In this document: positions 27,292 to 36,500 of the stretch, piece after piece | How positions within the stretch are numbered: position 1 is the stretch's first letter | Layout: each line of letters opens with the position of its first letter | Assembly: GCA_964607515.1 (NCBI GenBank) | Contig: CAZSKU010000003.1 | Coordinates: 72,175-136,174 of the forward strand | Length of the DNA stretch: 64,000 nt | Direction of reading: 5' to 3' | Origin: an uncultured bacterium | Lineage (GTDB): Bacteria > Fermentibacterota > Fermentibacteria > Fermentibacterales > JCC-6 | Position numbers and translations under genes: made by a program | The notes under the pieces: generated by a model | The model's input: only the letters and a program-made list of their open reading frames with translations | Told to the model about the DNA's origin: nothing | Database searches by the model: none

Positions 27292-27750
27292 CAAGCCCCC
27301 TCTCGGCATTTTCAACGAAGACCGCCATCTCCTCGACAGTGCAAGCGGGCGTGACACCGGGCACCGAAGCCCAGTCGCCCATGGCGCAGACCGGTCTGCC
27401 TGCCTGCAGGGCGAAGGCGATTTCCGAAAGCGTTCCGTAACCGCCTCCCACGGCGCACACCGCGAAACCCGACAGAACCACCGCCCGGTTCCTGACGGAA
27501 CCGGCGCCGGTGGCTATCCTGATCTGGACGAAGGGATTCGCCTCCCCGGGATCGTCGCCGGGCAGGATTCCCACTGTGAGACCGCCCCGGGAGGAGGCTC
27601 CGCGCAGGCCCGGGCCATCACGCCCCCCAGTCCCCCGCATACAACGCCGTAACCGGCTTCCGCCAGCTTTTCACCCAGCTTCCGGGCGGCATCCAGATGG
27701 GCAGATGATGCGGACGCCCCCCCAATGATGCTCACAAGCTTCATCCGCAC
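27278..27750 (-). pseudogene. LOG/TIGR00725-family (Rossmann-fold nucleotide-binding) gene split by a 1-nt frameshift
   Basis: N-half in one frame (MKLVSIIGGASASS...GYGVVCGGLGGVMARACAE) and C-half in a second frame (GASSRGGLTVGILPGDD...GGGYGTLSEIAFALQAGRPV) that are contiguous in intact family members; the junction lies near a G6 run around 27590-27610. Confidence 0.6.
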
Positions 27751-27763
27751 TCCGGAGGAGATT

Positions 27764-27840
27764 GGTCGGGGCGAGAGGATTTGAACCTCCGGCCTCCTAG
27801 TCCCGAACCAGGCGCGCTAACCGGACTGCGCTACGCCCCG
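27764..27840 (-). tRNA. tRNA-Pro (anticodon CGG)
   Basis: CGGGGCG-UAGCGCAGUCCGGUUAGCGC-G-CCUGG-UUCGGGA-CUAGG...GGAGGUUCAAAUCCUCU-CGCCCCG-A-CCA. Confidence 0.85.
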
Positions 27841-27859
27841 ACCGCAACAGGACTGAAAT

Positions 27860-28402
27860 CTACAGAAGAAAGCCCAGCGCCGCAAACACCCCGGAAACGA
27901 TAAGGGTCACCACGGCTCCGGCCGCCGCAACCCCCAGGGCTATGGCCGGCAGGGCGAGCCTTCGGGGGATTCCGAAGAGGAAAGCCGCCACGCTTCCGGT
28001 CCAGGCGCCGGTCACCGGAAGGGGTATCGCCACGAAAACAGCCAGGCCCAGGGCCCTGTACTTCAACACTTTGGCTCCCGCCTTTCTCCTGGTCCTGTCG
28101 AACAGCCACTGGAAAAAAGCTCTGAAGGGCTTCCAGCGGGAAAGGAAACGGCTTACCGGATCGAGAAACCAGAGAATGAAGGGAACCGGAATCATGTTCC
28201 CGGCCACCGCCAGCAGGTACACCTTCCACCATGGCCACGCCCAGGTGTCGGCCATCACGGTCATGGCCACGGGAATGCTCCCCCGGAGCTCTGTAATCGG
28301 CAGGCCGGAGATGAGAAGCATCACCAGTTCCCCCGGAACTCCCGAGAGCCATCGAATGACCGACAGCGCGGCGGTCTCACCCATTCCAGCCGGCCTTTCC
28401 AA
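27860..28402 (-). CDS. small multi-drug export family membrane protein (COG2426-like)
   Basis: About 170-aa polytopic membrane protein; start may be the downstream MGETAAL. Confidence 0.5.
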   Translation of the reverse strand: MERPAGMGETAALSVIRWLSGVPGELVMLLISGLPITELRGSIPVAMTVMADTWAWPWWKVYLLAVAGNMIPVPFILWFLDPVSRFLSRWKPFRAFFQWLFDRTRRKAGAKVLKYRALGLAVFVAIPLPVTGAWTGSVAAFLFGIPRRLALPAIALGVAAAGAVVTLIVSGVFAALGFLL

Positions 28403-29024
28403 GAAGGGGAACGAAGGCGCAACTGAAGGAGTTCCGTTCCTCCATGCCTCCGGGTCCCTTCCTCAGCACCCTGAATGCCTGGGTGTTCCTGTCCCCCACG
28501 GGTATCCCCGCCAGACCTCCGGGCTTCAACTGCTCCTCCAGCCCCCCGGGGAGCGCCGGAGCGCCGGCGCTGTAAAGCAGTGCGTCGTACGGGGCCGAGG
28601 ACGGCCAGCCCCGGGAACCATCCCCGAAATGGACCACGGCGTTGTTCACCCCGATCCTGTCGAACAGGGACCTGGAAGCATTTGCCAGTCCAAGCACCAT
28701 CTCCACGCACACCACCCTGTCGAAGAGTCTCGAGGCCACCGCCGCCAGGTATCCGCTGCCGCTTCCTACCTCGAGCAGGATTCCCCCGAAGGAATCAGCC
28801 ACCCCCGAAAGCATCCTCAGCACCGTGGCCGGCTTGCTGATGGTCTGGCCGAAGCCGATGGGCAGCGCCGCGTCGGTGTAGGCCAGGTGGGCGAACGCCG
28901 GGCTCACGAAAAGGTGCCGGGGAGTGTCCGCCATTGCTGCCGCCACCCGGGAATCAGCCTCGGGAAAGAGGTCTCTCAGCCGCCGTGCCATGTCCCTGGC
29001 GGCGGCCAGATTCAGCGGTTCCAT
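28377..29024 (-). CDS. pcm: protein-L-isoaspartate O-methyltransferase
   Basis: SAM-binding motif [14 protein letters not shown] and QTISKP; start placed at MEPLNL (ATG 29022-29024) because the longer ORF would overlap tRNA-Pro. Confidence 0.8.
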   Translation of the reverse strand: MEPLNLAAARDMARRLRDLFPEADSRVAAAMADTPRHLFVSPAFAHLAYTDAALPIGFGQTISKPATVLRMLSGVADSFGGILLEVGSGSGYLAAVASRLFDRVVCVEMVLGLANASRSLFDRIGVNNAVVHFGDGSRGWPSSAPYDALLYSAGAPALPGGLEEQLKPGGLAGIPVGDRNTQAFRVLRKGPGGMEERNSFSCAFVPLLGKAGWNG

Positions 29025-29042
29025 GCTTCTCCTGTTGGAAAA

Positions 29043-29060
29043 AGAGGCCCGAAGGCCTCT
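29043..29060 (-). terminator. Terminator of tRNA-Pro(GGG): AGAGGCC-CGAA-GGCCUCU followed by UUUUCC
   Basis: Hairpin plus U-tract immediately 3' of the tRNA on the minus strand. Confidence 0.6.
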
Positions 29061-29068
29061 TCCTCCAA

Positions 29069-29145
29069 TGGTCGGGGCGACTGGATTCGAACCAGCGACC
29101 ACTTGAACCCCATTCAAGTGCGCTACCGGACTGCGCTACGCCCCG
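29069..29145 (-). tRNA. tRNA-Pro (anticodon GGG)
   Basis: CGGGGCG-UAGCGCAGUCCGGUAGCGC-A-CUUGA-AUGGGGU-UCAAG...GUUCGAAUCCAG-UCGCCCCG-A-CCA. Confidence 0.85.
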
Positions 29146-29159
29146 GCGGAGCCACAATC

Positions 29160-29555
29160 CTAATCCTGCCCTGAACCGCCGTCAACCTTCATGGGGTCGC
29201 GGCCGAGGATGCCTATGATCTCTCTGATCTCCGCCGCCACGGAGTCCAGAAGGGCGTCACCGGGGGCTGCCTGGGAGGGCTGCCCGGGCTCCAGTTCCAG
29301 GGCCATCTGGCCGTGTTCCCTGCGGATATCCTCCAGCTTCTTCCGGGCGCCCTCAATGGTGTATCCCTCCTCGTACAGCAGTTTCTTGATGTACTGAAGG
29401 GTCCTGACGTCGCCGGGCCGGTAGACCCGATTGCCCGCCTTGTTCTTGTGGGGATTGAGCATGGGAAAGGCTGTCTCCCAGTACCGGAGGACGTGGGGCT
29501 TCAAGTCCAGCATCCGGCAGACTTCGCTTATCGGATAATAGAGCCTCTCGGTCAT
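29160..29555 (-). CDS. MerR-family transcriptional regulator (CbpM/HspR-like)
   Basis: N-terminal MerR HTH ([21 protein letters not shown]); 4-nt overlap with the upstream J-domain gene. Confidence 0.7.
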   Translation of the reverse strand: MTERLYYPISEVCRMLDLKPHVLRYWETAFPMLNPHKNKAGNRVYRPGDVRTLQYIKKLLYEEGYTIEGARKKLEDIRREHGQMALELEPGQPSQAAPGDALLDSVAAEIREIIGILGRDPMKVDGGSGQD

Positions 29556-30361
29556 TTTCCGCGGCCTCCGAAGAGTTTCTTCCAGATCGGGGCTTTCCGG
29601 CCTTCCAGCCGGCCGAGTTCCTCCAGTGCCTTCATGGCCCCCTCATGGTCTTCCTGCCATGACAGGGCGTTCTCGAGACTCTTTCTGGCCATGGCGAACT
29701 GCTCGGCCTTCATGTAGACCCTTCCCAGCATGACGTGGTTTTCGGGGTTGAAGTACTCCGCCTCGCACGCGCTCTTGAGAAATTCCGCCGCCTCCCGGAG
29801 CCTTCCCCTGCCCTCGGCGGCCATGGCCTGAAGCCTTCTCACCTCGGGATCCCTGGGGAATGTCATGGCGGCCCGATTCAGCAGGTCTCCGGACCTCCAG
29901 AAGTCGCCTTCCCGGATCATCCTGCCGGCGGCGGACTTCAGCCTCGCCAGGGTCGCCGGAGGCATGGCACCTCCGGTGGCCTGACCCTCCTTGGGTCTCG
30001 GCCTGGCCGGCTTCACCGGCGTTGGAGCGGCCGCTTCCTCCTCCGGGGGCTTGTCCTCCGACGGCTCTGGCGCAGGCGCCCTGCGGGGCTCCGGAACCCG
30101 GGTGATAACGGGTTCCGGCTCCCAGGGAATCGTGTCGGCTATCTCCTCGTCGTACTTCCGTCTCTCCTGGGAATCGCTGAGCACCAGATAGGCCTCGTTG
30201 ATCCGGGCGAACTTGGCCACGGTTTCCGGGGAGTCGCCGGCAACGTCGGGATGGAGCTTTCTGGCCAGCTGGAAGTAGGCGTGGTCTATGGCCTCCCTGG
30301 AGGCCTTCCTGCCGATTCCCAGCACGTGGTAGTGGCTGCCGTAGGACTCCTCCCCGGGCAT
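29552..30361 (-). CDS. J-domain (DnaJ-like) protein with Pro-rich linker and TPR-like C-terminus
   Basis: J-domain HYHVLGIGRKASREAIDHAYFQLARKLHPD (HPD motif) at the N-terminus. Confidence 0.75.
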   Translation of the reverse strand: MPGEESYGSHYHVLGIGRKASREAIDHAYFQLARKLHPDVAGDSPETVAKFARINEAYLVLSDSQERRKYDEEIADTIPWEPEPVITRVPEPRRAPAPEPSEDKPPEEEAAAPTPVKPARPRPKEGQATGGAMPPATLARLKSAAGRMIREGDFWRSGDLLNRAAMTFPRDPEVRRLQAMAAEGRGRLREAAEFLKSACEAEYFNPENHVMLGRVYMKAEQFAMARKSLENALSWQEDHEGAMKALEELGRLEGRKAPIWKKLFGGRGK

Positions 30362-30363
30362 CC

Positions 30364-31791
30364 CTACCTCAGCAGGGTGAAGGCGCTTCCGGCTGAAACT
30401 CCGTTCTCCCGGGCCACGATGTGGTACACTCCGTTGGCGAGCTCCGAGGGCACGGTCCAGACGCCCTGTCCCGACAGCCTCGCCACCATCCTGCCCGCGA
30501 TGTCCATCACGAAAACGTCAGGCGAGGAAAAGCCCGATATCTCGTAGGAAAGCAGAGAGGACACGGGGTTGCGGGATACGGACACCGCCGGTTCCGCAGC
30601 TCCGCCCATTCCGGCGGTCTCGGTGTCGGTGATGCCCACGCTGCCCAGGAGGTTCATGCAGATAAGCTTGTTCATGAAGCGGCATTCCAGGTTGTTGGTG
30701 ACGATGAGGGTGGTGTCGTTCTGGGAGCCCCAGAAGCCGTTGTCGTCAACCTCGGGGGTGAAGAAGAACATGCCCTGATCGCCGTACTCCCAGTCGCAGG
30801 CGTCGCCGTTGGATGGGTAGCTCAGAACTTCGTAGCACCTTCCCCATTCGTAACCGATGGGACCGGCCATCTGGGCGCCCCAGCTCTGGAAGGTTGCCTG
30901 GTCGGGGGTGGGCTGGTTGTTGTACCCCCAGGGGTAGATGAGGTATCCGCCGTAGGTGTGGTAGTTGAAGCCTCCCAGGGGAGCCAGTTCTTCCATGAGC
31001 TCGCTCAGGGCCTGGGTTTCGGGCTCCGAGAAAGGAGCGGTACCCCTGTAGGTCTCGCTGTAGGGGCTGGGGCTTGAACCCTGGTCGTCGTAACCCCACA
31101 TGTAGCTCCAGTTGCGGTTCAGGTCTATGCCGGTGCCCAGGGTCCAGTTCATGTTCTTCCTGTGGTTCGGGGCGCCGCTGGGAAGGTTGTAGTAGTAGGC
31201 GTCGATGTTCACCATGGGCACGAAGTATATCTGGGCGTTGTCCAGTATGAAGGTGGCCATGGTGTCGCTGCCGTATTCGCTGGTGAGCCACTGGGCGAAA
31301 TCGATCACCGCGGAGTTGCCCCCGGGTTCGCGACCGTGGGTCAGGGCGTTGAAAAGGATGACCGGTGCGTCGTCCCCTGCGTTGGTTATCCGGACGTGGT
31401 AGATGTCGCGCCCCTGGTAGGAGGTGGCGAAGGCGGTCGGGGTGTCGACCATGTCACTGGATTCCGCCAGGCCGGCCCAGAAGGCGTTGTTCTCGTTGGG
31501 GCCGTAGTAGTAGCCGAACTCGTTCCTGGACCCCGGCATGGGCTGGGCCCACTCCTCGGGGAGCACCCTGGCATCGGGATGCTTTTCCAGCACGGAATCC
31601 AGAAAACGGTCCTCCACCATTATATCGACAAAACCCCCGCTCCGGCTGCTGCTGGCTATGTCGTAATCAAATGAGGCGATGGCCGAAAAATCGGAGTCCG
31701 TAAGGGCGGGGATCCTCACCAGACGCCAGGCGGAGGCGGCGGGGGTCAGAATCAGAAGCAGGGTGAAACAGATTGTAGCGCAACGGTTCAT
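30364..31791 (-). CDS. secreted M14 zinc carboxypeptidase with T9SS C-terminal sorting domain
   Basis: Signal peptide; M14 zinc-ligand region (HGREPGG...); C-terminal ...VFVMDIAGRMVARL...GVYHIVARENGVSAGSAFTLLR beta-sandwich sorting-type tail. Confidence 0.7.
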   Translation of the reverse strand: MNRCATICFTLLLILTPAASAWRLVRIPALTDSDFSAIASFDYDIASSSRSGGFVDIMVEDRFLDSVLEKHPDARVLPEEWAQPMPGSRNEFGYYYGPNENNAFWAGLAESSDMVDTPTAFATSYQGRDIYHVRITNAGDDAPVILFNALTHGREPGGNSAVIDFAQWLTSEYGSDTMATFILDNAQIYFVPMVNIDAYYYNLPSGAPNHRKNMNWTLGTGIDLNRNWSYMWGYDDQGSSPSPYSETYRGTAPFSEPETQALSELMEELAPLGGFNYHTYGGYLIYPWGYNNQPTPDQATFQSWGAQMAGPIGYEWGRCYEVLSYPSNGDACDWEYGDQGMFFFTPEVDDNGFWGSQNDTTLIVTNNLECRFMNKLICMNLLGSVGITDTETAGMGGAAEPAVSVSRNPVSSLLSYEISGFSSPDVFVMDIAGRMVARLSGQGVWTVPSELANGVYHIVARENGVSAGSAFTLLR

Positions 31792-31804
31792 CTCATCCTC
31801 CTGA

Positions 31805-31835
31805 ACATTGACAAACGGGCGCGAAACGAATAGTT
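31805..31835 (+). promoter_or_regulatory. candidate sigma70-like promoter for rpsT (TTGACA-17nt-TAGTTT) overlapping a GCGAAAC/GTTTCGC hairpin
   Basis: Hexamers read by eye in the divergent intergenic region between the M14 peptidase gene and rpsT. Confidence 0.35.
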
Positions 31836-31910
31836 TCGCCCTTCATACGTGTATACCCCCGGCGCGCCCCGGGGTTTCAGACTCGGCAATACTGTGAAAG
31901 GAGCCGTTCT

Positions 31911-32165
31911 TTGGCAAGGAGCAGGCAGTCGGTCAAGAGACACAGAACCGACATCGAGAAGAGACTTCGCAACCGCAGCAAGCTGAACAGACTCCGCACC
32001 GCGTTGCGCAGGGCTTCCGAAAGTGAGGCTTCCGAGGACGGAACCGCCGCCCTCAGAAAGGCCCAGAGCCTTCTGGACAAGGCCGGACGCACCAGACTGG
32101 TCCATCCCAACAAGGCCCGAAGGATTCAGAGCCGGATGGCCGCCAAGGCTGCTTCGGAAGCCTAG
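31911..32165 (+). CDS. rpsT: 30S ribosomal protein S20
   Basis: Basic helical 84-aa protein aligning with S20; TTG start at 31911 preceded by GAAAGGAG. Confidence 0.85.
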   Translation: MARSRQSVKRHRTDIEKRLRNRSKLNRLRTALRRASESEASEDGTAALRKAQSLLDKAGRTRLVHPNKARRIQSRMAAKAASEA

Positions 32166-32188
32166 ACGTCCGAAATCCCGGGGGGCGC

Positions 32189-32226
32189 TCCGGCGCCCCC
32201 CGTTTTCTTTTCCGGACTGACTCCGC
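32189..32226 (+). terminator. rho-independent terminator after rpsT (GGGGGGCGC-UCCG-GCGCCCCCC + UUUUCUUUUCC)
   Basis: Strong GC stem plus U-tract; lies between convergent rpsT and cysS. Confidence 0.8.
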
Positions 32227-32229
32227 TTC

Positions 32230-33648
32230 TCAGCGCACCCCCGGGGATATCTCGCTGGCGCCTCCGGGCAGGTCTTTCACGGTGAAACCCAGTGCCTCCA
32301 GCCGCACCCGCATGGCGTCGGCCTCGGCAAACAGCTTTCTGGTCCTCAGGGCGTACCTGGCTTCCTGAAGCACTTCACACAGCCCGGGCAGCACCGGGGC
32401 TTCGGAAGCTCCCCGAAGCCTCAATCCCAGGGCCTCCCCCGCGAGGGAGTCCAGGATGTCCCCCATCAGTTCCCCTCCCCCTTGCCCGGAATCCAGCAGT
32501 GCGTTCCCCGCCCGGACGAAATCGAAGAGGCAGGCCAGCGCCTGGGGAGTGTTCAGGTCGTCGTCCATGGTTTCGCGGAAGGCTTTCCCGGTGGCTTCCG
32601 CCAATTCCCGGGCCTCCCGGTCCGGACCGCCGGATACGGTCGTCAGCCTGTTCCTGAAAACAACCAGCCGCTCCAGGGCGCTTCGGGCGCTGGAGAGCCC
32701 CTGGTCGCTGAAATCCAGGGGGCTTCTGTAATGGCTTCTCAGGATGTACAGCCTGACCACCATGGGATCGTAGCTTTCGAACAGGTCCCGGAGCAGGGTG
32801 AAGTTGCCCAGGCTCTTCCCCATCTTCCTTCCGTCCACGGTGACCATGTTGTTGTGCAGCCAGAACCGGGCGAAGGGCTTCCCCGTGGCGGCCTCGCTCT
32901 GGGCGATCTCGCACTCGTGGTGGGGGAAGGAGTTCTCCAGCCCTCCCCCGTGGATGTCTATGGTGTCCCCGAGATACCTCATGGCCATGGCGCTGCACTC
33001 CAGGTGCCAGCCGGGGTAACCGGAACCCCAGGGGCTGTTCCAGCGGAGCAGATGTCCCGGTTCCGCCTCCTTCCACAGGGCGAAGTCCCGGGGGTCGTCC
33101 TTGTCGAAGGCGGTCTCCACCCGGGTGCCGGCCACGGCCTCATCGCCGGTCCTGCCGCTCAGTCTTCCGTAGCCGGGAAAGGAGGAAACGTCGAAGTAGA
33201 CGTTGCCGCCCCGGACGTAGGCGTGCCCCTTTTCCAGAAGTGTTCCAACCAGTTCGATCTGCTCGGGTATGTGCCCGGACGCCCTGGGGGAGATGTCCGG
33301 CCGGAGGTTGTTCAGGGCGTCCATGTCCCTGAAGTAGCTGGCGGTGTACTTCTCGGCGACCTCCATGGGCTCGAGCTTCTCCAGGGACGCCTGCCGCTGG
33401 AGCTTGTCCTGCCCCTGGTCTGCGTCGTCCGTCAGGTGCCCCACGTCGGTGATGTTCTGGACGTACCTTACCCGATAGCCGGATCTCCTGAGCCATCGCA
33501 CCAGCACGTCGAACCCGACGTAGCTCTTTCCGTGGCCCAGATGGCTGTGGCCGTAGACCGTGGGTCCGCAGACGTACACTCCGGCGAAGGGCGGGTTCAG
33601 AGGAACGAACTCTTCCTTCTCCCTGGAAAGGGTGTTGTAGAGCTTCAC
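32230..33648 (-). CDS. cysS: cysteine--tRNA ligase
   Basis: [20 protein letters not shown]-type HLGHGKS and KMGKSLGN; start is a GTG at 33646-33648 overlapping trpS stop (GTGA); the longer ORF-track N-terminus is junk. Confidence 0.85.
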   Translation of the reverse strand: MKLYNTLSREKEEFVPLNPPFAGVYVCGPTVYGHSHLGHGKSYVGFDVLVRWLRRSGYRVRYVQNITDVGHLTDDADQGQDKLQRQASLEKLEPMEVAEKYTASYFRDMDALNNLRPDISPRASGHIPEQIELVGTLLEKGHAYVRGGNVYFDVSSFPGYGRLSGRTGDEAVAGTRVETAFDKDDPRDFALWKEAEPGHLLRWNSPWGSGYPGWHLECSAMAMRYLGDTIDIHGGGLENSFPHHECEIAQSEAATGKPFARFWLHNNMVTVDGRKMGKSLGNFTLLRDLFESYDPMVVRLYILRSHYRSPLDFSDQGLSSARSALERLVVFRNRLTTVSGGPDREARELAEATGKAFRETMDDDLNTPQALACLFDFVRAGNALLDSGQGGGELMGDILDSLAGEALGLRLRGASEAPVLPGLCEVLQEARYALRTRKLFAEADAMRVRLEALGFTVKDLPGGASEISPGVR

Positions 33649-34640
33649 AGCCGGCCCTCTCGAAAGTAGTCTATCTTCATGGCCTCCCTCACCTCGCCCA
33701 TTGTGGCCTCCCCCTCCCGCCGGGCGGCATCGGTGCCGGCCATGAGTATTTCCTCCACCACCCCGGGCCGGTCGTAGGCGGCCCTCCTTTCCCGGATCGG
33801 TTCGAGGAGCCGGTTGAGTACCGAGGCCAGGTTTTTCTTGCAGGCCACGCAACCTATGGAACCGGCCATGCACGAGGCTTCTATGTCGGGAACCTCGGCC
33901 GGATTGAATGCCTTTTGCCATGAGAACACTGTGCAGACCTCGGGATGGCCCGGATCGTTCCGGCGGACTCTCGCGGGGTCGGTCACGGCGGTCATCACCT
34001 TGGCGGAGACCTCCTCCGGGCTGTCCTTCAGGTAGACGGCGTTGCCCAGGGACTTGCTCATCTTTGCCCCCCCGTCCAGCCCAGCCAGCCTGGATACGTC
34101 GCTCACCAGTGCCCGCGGCTCGGGGAATACCTTGCCGTACAACTCGTTGAACCGTCTGGCCACGAACCGGGTCACCTCGACGTGGGGAAGCTGATCCTCC
34201 CCCACGGGCACCAGGTCGGCCCGGCAGAACAGGATGTCCGCCGCCTGACTCACAGGGTAGCCCAGAAAACCGTAGGTCATATCGGTGTACCCGTACTGCC
34301 TTGCTTCGGTCTTGATGGTGGGGTTGTGCCGCAGGCGGCTCACCGTGACGAAAAGCCCGAAAAGAACCGTCAGTTCGGCAATCTGGGGAACCATGCTCTG
34401 CAGGAACAGTTTCGACCGCCGGGGGTCGAGGCCAGCGGCGATATTGTCCAGGGCCACCTCCCGGGCGTGGACCTTGAGCATTCCGGGGGTCTCCCAGTGT
34501 GTGGTCAGGGCCTGGACGTCGGCGATGATGATGAAGGTGTCCAGGGTGTCCTGCAGTTTCACCCGGTTCCTCAGTGAACCCACGTAGTGGCCGAGGTGAA
34601 GGGGACCGGTGGGGCGGTCCCCGGTGAGTATCCTATCCAT
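33645..34640 (-). CDS. trpS: tryptophan--tRNA ligase
   Basis: HLGHY (HIGH) and KMSKS motifs; 331 aa. Confidence 0.9.
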   Translation of the reverse strand: MDRILTGDRPTGPLHLGHYVGSLRNRVKLQDTLDTFIIIADVQALTTHWETPGMLKVHAREVALDNIAAGLDPRRSKLFLQSMVPQIAELTVLFGLFVTVSRLRHNPTIKTEARQYGYTDMTYGFLGYPVSQAADILFCRADLVPVGEDQLPHVEVTRFVARRFNELYGKVFPEPRALVSDVSRLAGLDGGAKMSKSLGNAVYLKDSPEEVSAKVMTAVTDPARVRRNDPGHPEVCTVFSWQKAFNPAEVPDIEASCMAGSIGCVACKKNLASVLNRLLEPIRERRAAYDRPGVVEEILMAGTDAARREGEATMGEVREAMKIDYFREGRL

Positions 34641-35655
34641 GCGGAGTTCTCCCCTGTTGTTCGAGAATCACAGGGTCGTCCTGTTCCCGGAAGCCCCTGA
34701 GATCGATTTCCCCCGTGTAATGTTCCACCAGGCCGATGATCCTCTCCACCGCCGGCCTGACCGAGGGACAGTGCTCGGGGTACTGCTCGAGGTAACGGAG
34801 GGTTCTTGGAATGTATGCCAGGTAGCGTTTCCTCCCGAGGGCCCGGTACTGCCAGGCGAAGGTGCCCATGGCCTTCACGTTCCTCTGAACCGCGGAGAAG
34901 ATGAAGTGGAATATGTTCGATCCCCCGGGGCCGGTGAGATACTGGAGCGCGATGTTCTTCCACTGCTCCCCGATGTCCCGGTAGCTGTCCCGGAGAAGGC
35001 TTGCGGCGTCGTAGGTGGCGGGACCCAGCCGGGCGTCCTGCCAGTCCACCAGGCGCAGCCGGTTGTCCTTCACCATCAGGTTCGCGCTGTGGTAGTCCCG
35101 GTGGCACAACACCGTGTCCCCCTCCATCGCCCTCTCGCAGAGCGCCCGGAGGTGCTGCTGAAGGTCCAGCAGCTGATCCAGTGGAACCCTCAGAAGCCTG
35201 AAGAAAAGGTGCTCGAGGGTGTGCTCCATCTCCGCCATGAAGAAGCTGGCCGTGAAGTATCGCCGGCCCGCCACCGATACCTTGGCCGCCTCCTTCGGTA
35301 TGCTCTTGTGAAGCTGTTTCAGAAGGTCGAGGGCCTGCCGGGTGAGCACCAGAAAGGCCTCCGGGCTTTCGATGTCCAGAAGTCTGAGGGGACCGAGGTC
35401 TTCCTGTACCGCAAACCCTCTGTATGGGCTGGCGCTGTAGAGTTCAGGGACCGGGAATCCATTGGTGCGCAGAAGGTTGTGCACGTCCATCCACGGCCAC
35501 AGGGGCACCCGCCGGCTGTCCATGGCCACCAGGGTGCCGCTCCGGGTCTTGAACCTGTAGAACAGGCGGCTCGAGGCGTCGCCGGACAGCGCGGTGATCT
35601 CCCTGGCGTCGGGGTAACGCTCACTGATCCAGGCCCGGAATTCGTCACTGATCAC
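34633..35655 (-). CDS. aminoglycoside-phosphotransferase-fold kinase, AmgK-like (anomeric MurNAc/GlcNAc kinase candidate)
   Basis: APH-fold catalytic HRDYHSANLM and DWQDA; paired with a downstream-overlapping nucleotidyltransferase as in the amgK-murU recycling pair. Confidence 0.55.
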   Translation of the reverse strand: MISDEFRAWISERYPDAREITALSGDASSRLFYRFKTRSGTLVAMDSRRVPLWPWMDVHNLLRTNGFPVPELYSASPYRGFAVQEDLGPLRLLDIESPEAFLVLTRQALDLLKQLHKSIPKEAAKVSVAGRRYFTASFFMAEMEHTLEHLFFRLLRVPLDQLLDLQQHLRALCERAMEGDTVLCHRDYHSANLMVKDNRLRLVDWQDARLGPATYDAASLLRDSYRDIGEQWKNIALQYLTGPGGSNIFHFIFSAVQRNVKAMGTFAWQYRALGRKRYLAYIPRTLRYLEQYPEHCPSVRPAVERIIGLVEHYTGEIDLRGFREQDDPVILEQQGRTPHG

Positions 35656-36487
35656 GTCTGACCGGCCCTCCTCGGGAAAACCAGGGAAGTATCGAGTTCA
35701 GCAGCCGGGTTCCCCCGGAAAGCACCGAACCGGGAAGCATCACCGAGCCCTCCACCAAAGCTCCGGCCTCCACCCTGCAACCCCCGTACACGTGACAGAC
35801 GCCGGAAAGCACCGCGTCCGGCGAGACCTCGGCACTCCCGTGGACGAAGGATCCCTCCGAAAGAAGGTTCATCCGGTAGAGTTCGGGGGTGCCCATGTCC
35901 ATCCATCCGGCCACCCCCTCGAAGCCCGCCGGCTCACCGACAATAAAACCGGAGAGGAAGTTCCGAAAGCCCTGACACCCGACGCAGCGCCGGGCTACCT
36001 GGGGCTCGATCACGCACACCCCGAAGTAGTGCCTGGCCCGCCGGCCCACCTCGACGGTGCCGTAGTCTCCACGGTCCGGTGGGTCGCCGCACAGAAGGGT
36101 GCAAAGAGCGCCGCTTTGCAGGTGGTTCCGGAGCAACCCCCGCAGATCGGCCTTGAGCGCCATGTCGGTGTTCATGATCATCCATGGACCGCTGATTTCC
36201 CGGGAAAGCCGGGCCAGAGTTCCCGCCAGCCCCAGGGGTCTCTCCTCGAAAAGAAGCCGGACTTCCCTTCCCGCGGAATCGCATGCTTCCCGGTGCACGA
36301 GTTCCGGGCACCGGCTGGCATTCACCGCCATGACTTCCGGGTTCAGAACGGTTGCTTCCCCGGCGAGCAGCCCCAGAAGGGTCTTCTCCCGGAAGGGTAG
36401 CAGGGCTTTTGGTCGGAAAAGGGAAAGGGGTTCCGCCCTTCTGCCGAAACCGGCGGTGAGGAGCAGAACCCCCTGCAGGCCGCTCAC
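35645..36487 (-). CDS. sugar-1-phosphate nucleotidyltransferase, MurU-like
   Basis: N-terminal NTP-transferase motif LLTAGFGRR...PKALLP; left-handed beta-helix-like C-terminus. Confidence 0.55.
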   Translation of the reverse strand: MSGLQGVLLLTAGFGRRAEPLSLFRPKALLPFREKTLLGLLAGEATVLNPEVMAVNASRCPELVHREACDSAGREVRLLFEERPLGLAGTLARLSREISGPWMIMNTDMALKADLRGLLRNHLQSGALCTLLCGDPPDRGDYGTVEVGRRARHYFGVCVIEPQVARRCVGCQGFRNFLSGFIVGEPAGFEGVAGWMDMGTPELYRMNLLSEGSFVHGSAEVSPDAVLSGVCHVYGGCRVEAGALVEGSVMLPGSVLSGGTRLLNSILPWFSRGGPVRRDQ

Positions 36488-36500
36488 GGCCTTTCGCCTT

